64,000 nucleotides of DNA from contig NW_026782330.1 of assembly GCF_031769215.1 (NCBI RefSeq), positions 558,001 to 622,000 of the forward strand, given 5' to 3'. Positions 38,701 to 50,593 of this stretch are shown in pieces. Under the pieces are notes generated by a model. It made no database searches. It was not told the DNA's origin and saw only the letters and a program-made list of their open reading frames with translations. Each line of letters starts with the position of its first letter. Position 1 is the stretch's first letter. The DNA comes from Ylistrum balloti. Lineage: Eukaryota. Made by a program: the position numbers and the translations under genes.

Positions 38701-39744
38701 ACAACTAACTCTTCATATGTTCTCTCATTCATTCACCTGTGAATCAACTCTGACCAAAAATTACTCGCAGAACTTAGAGATTTGTGCAGATATACTGAAA
38801 GTGCCCACAGAGTGCATGCAACTGTTGGAAAATGGTAAAAACTGACACACATGGAAACACTGGTACCATTCCATCCAATTTAGGAATTTTTTATGCTCAA
38901 TCTTTGATACATAATGCATACACGATAACAACAGATGTTGAGTACCAGTCTGTTCAGATTGACATCAATGTACATATATATGTATATAAGAAAAAATGAT
39001 TTCAGAATTAAATTATTGTACATACATCTGATCCTGTATTTTGTTGTCTTTGTTTTAGATGCCAAGTTTCTAGATTTCCCAGTATTGTATATGTAAGGTC
39101 ACATGAAGACAATAATTTGGCAAATTAATTTAATTTCTGAAAAAAATAATCTTCAACGCTGATGTGAAATCTCAGTCAGAAAAAGAGGCAATGCTATCTT
39201 TTTCTTCAAAAGCATATATTAATCAATACGCATAAATTTAAGAAATCCCTGACTATTACAGATACGATGCCTGGTATGATCATTAGATCACAAAATATTG
39301 ATTAAGTTTATGGAACCAATTTTGATGATATGCAAAATATCAATGACCAAATATAAAGTTCATATGACCTTTCAAGGTTGGCATAACCTTCTCACTATAC
39401 ACACATTTTTGTATAACTTGATACCTGGCATTGACATTTTGAGTTTGTATAAGCATGTTAAGCTTTGGAGTGGGAAAGGAGTTGGCTGGTGATGAGGGAA
39501 AGGGTGTGATGTGTGTTATTATTCAGCTATTCTGTTGACAGTTTTAGTTCCATCTTTGTATTGATAGTACTCAGTGTCATATCATTTACAATTCATCACA
39601 TAATTGACTCTTGTATTGAATCTTTAAAGTAAGTCAAGTGTTTAGTCTAGCTTTACTATAGCTAAAGCAAATCAAAGTCATTAATGATTATATTTCTATA
39701 GATGCAACAGAACAAACTGTCACCTCAAGTTGTGACTTTTCAAT

Positions 39745-40215
39745 TTTTCTGATCTGTACCCAAATCAAACTAGGGATCAAGGAAAGTATACACATGAAAT
39801 TTGAGAAAGATCTATGCTATAGTTCTCAAGAAATAGCGATAACAAACCTAAGTTAAAATATAAGATGTCCATCTGTTGCCCATTTTGTTTATCTGATGAG
39901 TCTCAAAATCACACGGGCACAAAAAGAGACCAAAGGGGAACCTACATATGAAATTTGAGAGAGCTCCATTTCTACTTGTTCAAGAAATTTGCAATAACAA
40001 ACTTAATTGAAAAAATCCAAGATGGCTGCCTCTCAGCCATTTTGTTTTCATTATCAGTCCCAAAATCAAACGGGTACAACTACTGACCAAGGGGAACCTA
40101 CATAAGCAATTTGAGATAGATCCATCGTGTACTCCTCAAGAAAGATTGATAACAAAAATTGTTTACAGACGGACGAACCATGGATGCAGAGCGATTTGAA
40201 TAGCCCCGCATCTGA
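39745..40215 (-). mobile_element. Truncated, diverged copy of the 11.1-12.0 kb HINE-like family
   Basis: Shares GGAACCTACATATGAAATTTGAGA, AAGATGGCTGCC, CAAGAAATAGCGATAACAA and the terminal GACGGACG...GCGATTTGAATA.CCC segment; internal period about 156 bp. Confidence 0.6.
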
Positions 40216-40782
40216 TCTCATCTGGACAACACCAATCATAAAACAATCATGTAAACAAAAAATGAGGGAAAACTTTTACTTACAATAAGTTTATTGTACA
40301 TAAATAACAATAATTACATTTAACATCATATCAAACGATGTGTTCAAATGGATAAAAATATCACCCTACTTCAGACATCCCAAATTATAGCTACGGACTC
40401 TTTACTGTGTGCTCACATGGATGAAATCCTTGCCCTAAATAAAATGCTCCAACTTTTACATATTGATTGTTCTGTTACTAGGAGCTACATACAGACATGT
40501 CAGAAAAATATGCTCACATTCAATACACTGAAAACTGTGGCAATTGTTGATAAGAAAATAAGACAAAAATGTTTCATTCTAGACAACTACAGGCTTATGT
40601 TACCTTACCACTACATTACAACTGATCTAAAGACCAAGTCATTCTCTCTGGCCATAAAACGCTTTTTGCAGAATCTCCTTGGGGTGGAGCAGACCTTAAA
40701 AGATACATTATATTACAATTGTATTGATCAAGACCCTGTATGCCCAGACAAACTGAATTCTAATTCATACACAAACTTTTCA

Positions 40783-40968
40783 TTGACCTGTCACATTGAG
40801 GTCAAGGCTACATTGACCTGTCACATTGAGGTCAAGGCTACATTGACCTGTCACGTTGAGGTCAAGGCTACATTGACCTGTCACATTGAGGTCAAGGCTA
40901 CATTGACCTGTCACATTGAGGTCAAGGCTACATTGACCTGTCACGTTGAGGTCAAGGCTACATTGACC
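40783..40968. repeat. 30-bp minisatellite, about 6 copies, each with an internal inverted repeat
   Basis: TACATTGACCTGTCACRTTGAGGTCAAGGC. Confidence 0.95.
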
Positions 40969-43622
40969 CTCTATATTCTAAGTTTCAAGAACATCTGTGA
41001 AGAAGTAAAAGAAACTGTTGAAATAGGTCAAATGGGATTTCATCTCAATTGCACCGATGACCATCGTCTGAGAAGGCCAGAACATATCAGCAACCTGCTG
41101 TATGACACTTTTACATCATAGTTACAATCACAAACATAGTTTCTCATGCCATGTAACTAAATATCACATATAAATACAAGCTGTCTCAAATTCAGTATAT
41201 CAAATCTGTTTTGCTGTCTTAAAGTTGAAGAAGTTAAAAGGTGAATAGAACTTATTCACTGAATAAATGTTTCATAACTTTTAACTTTTTTCATGTATTT
41301 CATTTTGACTTACACCAAAATATGATGTATTCTCTGTTTACTGCAGAAATATGTTTTCAGACCAGTGAAAATGATATTTTGCATTCTGCAGGACACAAAT
41401 ATGTTGTGTCCCGATTCAGATTATACCAATCTTAACAATTGATATTAGTGTGGTTTAATCCACATGTATGTTCTCTGAAGCCTGAGATAAAATGTTCTTT
41501 TGGCCAACAACAGGAAATAGAAGTAACTGATAATCACGTTTAACAACAATGCTGTTTACACAAAAACAATATCAGAACAGTCTCAACAGCTAACAATTCC
41601 TCTAAGATGTCACATTCACCTGTCATGAACTTATATTTTTACTAGTGTTTACACAAAAACAATATCAGAACAGTCTCAACAGCTAACAATTTACACCAAC
41701 ATCAAACCCTGACAAAAGTCCTTGACTGAAATCTTACACATTCATTACTTAATAACCTACTGTAAACACACTTATTTTAGTGCAATCAAATGTTACTTAA
41801 AATATGTGTGTTTACAGGAAGTACTTGTGATTTATATGAAAATTAACTTATCAACTATCATACATTTAAAAAAAATGTGGCAAACAATAAAATTCTCGTG
41901 ACTGCATGAACAACCTTCCTCTATTGAACAAGGAACTTGAAGGACCTGCCTGACTCACATGTTTAGCAGGTAGTTCATCTGTTTAACCCAACTGAACATT
42001 TTCTCTTTTTCTGCATGCTACTGACCAAAAACCACTACCTCTTAGTTACTAAAAAAGAAGTTCTTTTTTAAAAATCAACCTTTTTGGTTCCTACAACTTT
42101 AAAGGCAAGTCAAGATAATTAATTTTAACAAGTTTTATAACTGTTCATTACAACATGCTTCTGACAGTTTGGTTAATAAAAAGAAGTTCAAATTTTCTCC
42201 CTTCTGACCTCTATGACCATGAAGGTAGGTCAAAATGATCAATTGAAATACACGTTTGCCCTACATCTTGGCATATTCCTGGCAGAAGGTCATGACCCTT
42301 GACCGACCTCTTGGTTATTCAGAGGAATGGGTTTAAAGATTTTAACATAAGTTCAAAAAAACATTGCCATTAATTTGGACCAATTTGGAAATATTTCAAC
42401 CAAGCGAACTCTAGGCCAAGTCTAGAGATCTTTGCTGCCAGAGGGATAACAGACACAGTATGATGGTATAATCTTACTAAAGCTTTGGGGTATGTATGCT
42501 AAATATACCAGAACCTATAGTATCTATATATATCTGTGTATAAAACCCAATTAACAGTATCATATAATCCTTTTAACCCTACACTATTCTACAAATCCCA
42601 AACATAAACTATGTGTATTTTATCAAATGGAATAGTTATTTTATCAAATGGAATAGTTATAAACACATCAATACTCTGGTTTTCTGCCAACATAATTCTG
42701 AGAGTGCCATCTGAGATTCATTAGCCATTACCAAATACTCATTTCTTTCCTGTTTATTTTTGCCATGACAGGTTAAGTTTCTGATGACATATTAAAATAT
42801 TTAAAATAAGTTCCTGCTTATTTGCTGATTTTTTTCCCAATAACAAAACCCTTACATTTTTGCTGAACAGCTCAGTTATGGGTGTATAAGATAGACAACA
42901 CTGGAATTACTTGTATAATACTGTATAGTCAGAAATTTATCAGGTCAAAAATGTTCAACATATGGAGGAGGTTTATTTATATATCTAGTTACTTAACATT
43001 CTCTGATTTACTTCACAAAACTGGCATCAATAGAAAGCTTACAACTTGATCAGGAACACTACAAATTATCATAATTTTTTTACAGGAAAAAGACATTACA
43101 AGTAAATACACAGGAACCCTTTTCAGGCTGATGATCGTGTATTCATTTTTTCATTTAACATAATTAAAGTTACTCAGAACAAAATTTGGTTTCAACTGTG
43201 CTTTATCATTTATACTTTTAAGTATCTTTTATTTAAAATGTTGAATGGAAAAAAGCCCTTCAATTTCTGATACAGGTAAATAGATATGTATTCAGGATAA
43301 ATATCACCCTCTATCACAGCATAGTGTTAAAGTAAGTAAAATACTTACTGCAGAATAGTATACACAGAATATCAATCTTTCTTTCAAATCAGAAAGTGTA
43401 ATTTAAAATACAAATTTAACAAGCACTGCTATAAATAAGTGAAATCCACACCATATTTGTAAATTTGTGGTCCTTCATCATCATTTGTGTAGTGTTATGA
43501 TTGTACAGCATCAATCCTGTGATAAAAGTTCTACTGATAAGTGTTCTCCTCCAAAAGCCTCTCAGTATTGCCACTGTTATGATCCCACTCTAGTTTTGTT
43601 ATATAAAATATTGTGACCAGCA

Positions 43623-46600
43623 TCAGGAACTTTTTCTCACTATGAAATATATGGCTAATCCTATCACCAGTAGTAATATTGCACAAATAATCACCAGCAT
43701 CAGTCTGTTCTGTATAATCCTGAAACACAGACATATTCTACTGATAAAAACACTATCATTCTTATCTTCTACAAAATTGAAAAAAATTAAATCTCACCCA
43801 TTCCCCACGCCCCCAAATGACACCTTCCCCGCCCCCCACCTCCCCCAATGAGATATCTAAAAACAGTATAAAGCACGCTTTTTGGTGTTCCATGCTCAGA
43901 ATCCATATGAATCAGCCGTTGAAACAGGAAGCATCATGTGTCAATAGCTGTCATTGTGTCTCAGTGTTTTATTTACTGTGCTTGGCATTCTGTGTCAGTA
44001 CACAGAATTATGAATACTAGTAGATCCAACAGGTGTTTTCTTGTTTCATATTTTTATTCCCATCTGATCCTGAGATATGTATTAGCTCTATTGTTCTCCT
44101 TAATAAAATATACAATATGTTACACAATTACGTCTCAAAGGGTAGGGTATGTACAGCACTTTAAGCTTACTTTTTAATAAAATGATATTCAAATATAAAT
44201 GACTGGATATACAATGTTTGCTTACCGTCTCATCATCCCAGATAAAACACGAGAACTTTTTCCAAGACTGTTATTCATTTCTTCAAGCTGGAAAAAAAAA
44301 CATGATAACAGCACACTTAAAACATTTCAATTCATTCAGTACATACACATCAAAATTAAGTGTAAATGCACTGGTTATCATATTTTAGTTAATCAGTTTG
44401 ATAATTTGTTTAAACTTGGTAGCACCAAAATGAGAACATTCACATTTGAACAGAATTTTAACAATTGTATGTTTACAAACAATTCAGCAAATATTTACAA
44501 AACACACAAGTTCAATCAACATCATCACACTAGTAAAACTGTATGTGATACAGCTTTTAACTTCAATATGAAGCTTGTCATGACACCATACCTTGTAACA
44601 TGATCTGTACACAACAACAGGTGCTTTCACTTGATTGATTTCTGTACAATACCACAATCAGTAAGTGTAAAGTTTGTTTTACATCAAAGTAGGTGATATA
44701 TACATGTAGGGATGCCTGATTTCATCATTCATTCTGACCTAACAATCATATCAGGATACTCATGAAAGAATTCACATTAAATAAGACAATTTATCCCTCT
44801 TTGTCAGTGACAAACCACCTCACCAAGGTATGAAGTTCCAATGACTGGTAGCACAGTAACACAACAATGTGATCACACATCCCAAGTATGTATGAATCTT
44901 CAGTGACTAACAGTGTTAGTGACAGAACTTGAATAAACATTTTCTTTGATGTAGGTCAAAGGTCAAACAGTAGGTAATTTGCTTTTGTATCAAACACTGC
45001 CTTACCAAGGTTGACACATACTCCAAGTATGAAGTTCCAGTGACAAGTTGAGTATGAGATAGAGCCAAGACAAGACAGTAGAAGGATGTGCAAAATGACA
45101 GAGGAACGCATGCAATGTGCAAAAATTTCATTGAAATCTGCTCAGAGGTTTTGAGAAGAAAGTTACCTATGTGTACCTATGACCATTAAGACATTTTACT
45201 TATATACACTCACCCTATTTCTTGACCGCTGTATAGTCTGTCTTTGACCACTGAGGTCCTGTAAAACCTGGGCACCCATTTCCTCTGAAAGTTGGTATAA
45301 AATGAGGTTATCTCTCCTACACCACAATTTACTTTTTTAACAGCAAATAATGATAAAATAACTACCTGGTACAGGTATTCTTTAAATATTTTGAACTTGT
45401 TTGATGTTAAACTAAGACATATCATCTATAAATAGTAATACTGTGGCACAATTAATATTATCTATAAATAGTAATACTGTGGCACAATTGATATTATCTA
45501 TAAATAGTAATACTGTGGCACAATTAATATTATTTATAAATGTTGATACTGTGGCACAATTAATATTATCTATAAATGATGATACTGTGGCACAATTAAT
45601 ATTATCTATAAATGGTGATACTGTGGCACAATCAATATTATCTATAAATGGTGATACTGTGGCACAATTAATATTATCTATAAATAGTAATACTGTGGCA
45701 CAATCAATATTATGTATAAATGGTGATACTGTGGCACAATTGATATTATCTATAAATGGTGATACTGTGGCACAATTGATATTATCTATAAATGGTGATA
45801 ATGTGGCACAATCAATATTATCTTTAAATGGTGATACTGTGGCACAATTAATATTATCTATAAATGGTAATACTGTGGCACAATCAATATTATCTATAAA
45901 TAGTAATACTGTGGCACAATTAATATTATCTATAAATGTTGATACTGTGGCACAATTAATATTATCTATAAATGTTGATACTGTGGCACAATCAATATTA
46001 TCTATAAATAGTAATACTGTGGCACAATTAATATTATCTATAAATAGTGATACTGTGGCACAATTAATATTATCTATAAATAGTGATACTGTGGCACAAT
46101 CAATATTATCTATAAATAGTGGCACAATCAATAGTATCTATTATCTACCAGCATACAAAACACCTACAAATATCTAATACAGCATTGATCAAGTTACTAG
46201 AAACATGAAAGTGAATCAGTATGTGAGAGACATTGGTAATACTACAGTCCCACATAACCTCCTTAGTTAATTGGTACCAGCATATAAAACACCTACATAT
46301 ATTCAATACAGTATTTATCAACAAAATCTTAAAAGCTGAGTGTGATCTGTAAGAGATTGTATATAACTACTAGTGAAGTGTACAGAGATTGTAATAGTAC
46401 TACCAGGGGTATTAGCCTCATCTATCAATACACTTATGTACTACCATAGGCCCAGTGAGGAAACTTGTCAACCATTCAGTATATCTTGCTAGGAGTGGTC
46501 TGAATTAACAGATAGATAGTTTTCTTTAATTTGATAAATGTTTCAGCATACATCATGTCTGAAAGACTTATCAAACATTGTTAAATTGTCAAATCTCAGT

Positions 46601-49600
46601 TAGTCACACTGGCCTTCATATGTATGTGATTCAACTTCAATGCAGTGTTAGAGTGATCTGTTACTGACTTACTTGTGGACAATATCTATTCAGTATGTTA
46701 TGATGTCAGATTTCAAATTCTCAACACACAGTCTCCGTGAGGCCTGACAACATAACTTCTGTAAACATGGTGTTGATAGTCCCAACTTGTCAAAATTCAG
46801 CAAAGATTGGATTATTAATTTTAGGACCCAAATTTCCATATTTTTAAGCCTAAGTGATGGCCTCAGTAATAACTCAGATGAAGCTGGTACCTTTTTCTAA
46901 TGGAAAACTAACTAATCAGAAAACAAGTTCCCTTAATGGAGGCCAGCAGCATCAATGTCTTATCTTAGTTACAAATCAAGACCCGATCAGAAGTGACATA
47001 CCTGTCTCCAGAGCGATTCTGTATCCATGATCTAATCGTCGTGAGGCGCGGTCCAGTGAATCTGTGTTGTCCAGAAGTCTTTTTCTCTGTAAATGATACA
47101 AGCTGACATATAAATGTGCGAGTTCTAATGACAGAGCTCTGGGGTGATACTGTGAATCATTAGACATTTTATATATAAGGTTTCACACTGTCACACATAA
47201 GTAAGTTATGTAGTAAAACTTGATATCACAAATTTATACTACGGTACTTAGTATTTACATCATCAATGAAGAACCTGAGTGTGATATTGAGAATTGTAAC
47301 TCGTCTTCTTTTTTCAAATTTCAGGACCTGATGATGGCCACATAGCAGGCTGAAACATGTTGACAATAGAAAACATTCTTGAGATTCCTTTATAACCATA
47401 TTATGTTTTATCACTAGGGAACTCTACTGAATCCTATACGGATCCACTTGAGGAATGTTTGATCACTCCTCCGTTATTATGGCAACAGTAACTGATCTGT
47501 AGATACTGAGTAACATTTTATATAACATTTTTCTCTATGTTACAGTATTAGACTTTACATTGACAACCAAAATTTGAATCAAGGTTTTTGTCACATCTTG
47601 TCACCTTCATAAAGTAATTTAATCCTTTTGAGCAGAAAAACTATTTTGGAAAATGTTTCTCTTAATATCTAAAGTTGTAACAGCACTGTCTATCAACCAT
47701 TCAGCAATGCTATGATTGTTACAAACCTGATCTTCTGACTCATGTGTGTCATCTCCTAGAAGTTCATCTCGACTGCTATCTATACCAAGTTTAGCACGCC
47801 GCTGTAAATAAGACAAAACTGTAAATTTTGTATATCTTACACACATCTGACTTATATCTGTCAATAAAAGACAGTAAAGATCAGATGATACATATGATTC
47901 CCTGAAAGCAAGTTACAAAGCCATTACATTTCCTCAGTCAAACACCAGATTTATAACACAACATTAAAGCAAGACTGACCAGGATTTAGACAGTTATGAT
48001 ATAAAAATAATAATACAAATGTACATCTGCATTTATAGGGGCTTATCATCAAAATTTCTAAAATTTTATTATTTCCGTATAGGAAAAAAATACATGTTAT
48101 TTATTTCTCTTATGAACTCACAGTGTCTGTCTGAAGTTTTCCAAGCTCAGTTTTATAACTTTTCACACGAGTCTGATACTTTTGTTTATCTCTTGACGGC
48201 AAATCTTTCACCTCCAGCTCCATCTGTTCCAGCTAAAATAAAACCACAAATCACTAATGGCTGACACTCTAATTCCACGGCTAATAATCATAAGTATATA
48301 TACAATCTACTCAGCATGTTGTACTTTACATTTCATTTATATCCTTTCCATTACAAAATAATAACGTGTTTGTAGCCATTTGTTTAAGATTAACTGGATG
48401 AAGATTAATTAAAATTCTTTCTTGTTGTTGTTTAATTGCAACACTTATCTGTTTAAATAAATAGGCAGAATTTTCAATGAAATACATCTAATGCCTACCA
48501 GTTCTGACACCTCATCGAACAGCTTGTCAACCTGTCGGATGTGTTTTTGTTTCTCAGCTGAAATAAAACATATGCTTTCAGTCACTTTTGATCAACTTTA
48601 AAATGTATGGCATCAAAATCTGTTAACATGTAAGCCATGAGGGAAAAATAAGGCAAAATTTCTGGTAAAGGGACTATGTTGGCTTACTGTATTTTTTTTT
48701 CAAAAATTAGTACATAGCATGGTTTTTGGTTGTGCTTTTATCATTTCAGACTATTTTCTCAACATGGATATTTTTATCCATGGTAGCTGTAAAGAGGCCC
48801 CAGACATTCAATCTTTATAAAAGAATGGTTATCTGGCATGTTGATCTAGATCTGTCAGTTTATCATCAAGTTATCCAAAGCCAAAGGCTTCCATGTGTTC
48901 TAAAGGAATATCATAGCTTTATCTCAATGGGTCTTATTTATTTCCTTCAACCTAAAAGAATGGTGTATGTAAAAAGGTTGAGTGGGGCTGACATGTAGAG
49001 AGTGCAATAAATAAGTTCTCTGTCATCCTGCTGTGGATTATCACAGTGGAGCCCTGGTTCAATTCGTTTCAGGTGACTTGTCATGAAATTGTTTTTTCCT
49101 CAGTTCTTCCACAATATATAATTTAAGCTTTTCAATAATTAGTAATAAGTATATTTACAACAATCAGGATAATCAATCAATTTAGAGTGATAATGTGTTG
49201 GTGATAAACACATTTTACTTTGTTTTCTATATAAATAATTGGACTTCATGAGTTTCTATTTTAAAATGACCCTGCATATAAGTAACTAGTTGATGTCTCA
49301 ATGTGGTAACTACCCTTCTATCCCTCAAACTATTTCCCATATTCAGGTTGTGTCCAACCTGCTTATACCATTATATTCTATATTAAATTCTTACAATAAT
49401 ATAACGGAATAAACTACTTTATATGATCCAGCATAAGTCAAACTCGTACACTCTCTGTCTCCTATTGGTACAACATAATGGTATACTTTATCACATAGGC
49501 CTAACGCTGAAATAAAGAATCGGATCCTCTGAATTGTGACTATGTTCAATCAATTTTACTCATTTAGATTCACGGAAGACATGCGGAAAAAAGTTTCGTA

Positions 49601-49712
49601 GTAAGATGATTTCTTTACCTCCATGTGTGTTAGATATTTTAGTGATATTGTAGGTTATATCAGCTGTCAAACTGGAATATTGTTGTTCATAGGATTCAAT
49701 CAGCGACGCCAT
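43623..49712 (-). CDS. VTI1A: Vesicle transport through interaction with t-SNAREs 1A (Qb-SNARE), 217 aa
   Basis: Exons 49619-49712, 48499-48557, 48122-48232, 47727-47801, 47002-47086, 45214-45284, 44226-44287, 43623-43719 (654 nt, GT-AG, in phase). N-terminus MASLIESYEQQYSSLTADIT, LLEQMELEV Habc segment, SNARE motif QRKRLLDNTDSLDRASRRLDHGYRIALETEEMGAQVLQDLSGQRQTIQRSRNRL...LGKSSRVLSGMMRRIIQNR, and a C-terminal transmembrane anchor. Confidence 0.95.
45420..46130. repeat. 36-bp minisatellite, about 19 copies, in VTI1A intron 5
   Basis: ATACTGTGGCACAATYRATATTATCTATAAATRGTR; explains the 12-aa periodic ORFs on both strands. Confidence 0.97.
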
Positions 49713-49767
49713 TCTAGCATCTTCATGTGCTATAGAAAAATCCATAAAGTTCCGAATGAAATATCCA

Positions 49768-49802
49768 ACTTCCGGTCGTCCTTTCTTCCGGCCACCATCA
49801 AG
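49768..49802 (+). promoter_or_regulatory. RPL34 TCT/5'TOP start and non-coding exon 1, with ETS/GABP-like motif; shared with VTI1A
   Basis: ACTTCCGG at 49768-49775, pyrimidine tract CCTTTCTTCC at 49780-49789, donor AAG|GTGCGA after 49802. Matches the typical ribosomal-protein gene layout; the RPL34 ATG directly follows an acceptor at 50593. Confidence 0.7.
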
Positions 49803-50593
49803 GTGCGATGAACGTGATTATATGTCCCTTACGAATCTCTAGCATCCGTTCATTTATGTTCACAATTTCATAAAATTTAGTTAAAGAATGAAGAAAAGAC
49901 ATATTTCTGGAACTCATGGCAGTGTTATTTTTCCGTATGATATGCGATATATCGCTGCAAATATATACCGATGTGAATGTTTTGATGTCTGAATACCAAC
50001 ATTATTACCCATATTTAAGTCAAAGAGAACGGCGACTTTCTTCATCTTGATATGATGAATTAATCAATCATGTTTAATAAAGCTAGTTCTGTTCTAGATG
50101 TTCAGTAGTTCTTGAAGTTGTATAATTAACTGAAAATGTCTTAACGTTTGAAACGCAACAGGACTGGTACTGAAGTAATATATATATATACATAGAGAAA
50201 TACAGTGGATATTTTAGTTTGCCCATTGAAGTCTTTGACGGAACTTTAGCATTAATAAGATTGATCGGTAATATCAGTGAAAAAAATGCATACAATGATG
50301 AGAAATACATTGACTACGGGACACGATCAGCTTTTATTTATAATTTATATTCAGACCCCACCACCCCGCACTTGTCAGTAGAAAGGCAAGTCCCTGTGGA
50401 TGGACATAACGGAATAACACAAGGGTTCTGACTATCGGTTATATATCTGCACGATTTTATTTTGTTTCGATGGCGTTTACTTGGGACAAAAATTGATATT
50501 GTTGAATTTAATATGTTATGACTCGTCATGTTCTGCTGTACTGTAAGTAAATTATGGTGACCTGTTTGAATCATATGCCATTTTTCATTACAG

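Noticed and set aside
40290-43622. A 3.3-kb VTI1A 3'UTR ending at the AATAAA at 40290-40295
   Set aside because: Closer AATAAA signals exist (for example 43228-43233), so the UTR length cannot be determined from sequence.
45412-46177. 239/244-aa ORFs on both strands with 12-aa periodicity (superficially like a repeat or antifreeze protein)
   Set aside because: 36-bp intronic minisatellite in VTI1A.
50045-50135. ATGATGA...CTGA as a C/D snoRNA in RPL34 intron 1
   Set aside because: No terminal stem and no recognisable rRNA-complementary guide; such motifs are expected by chance in AT-rich DNA.
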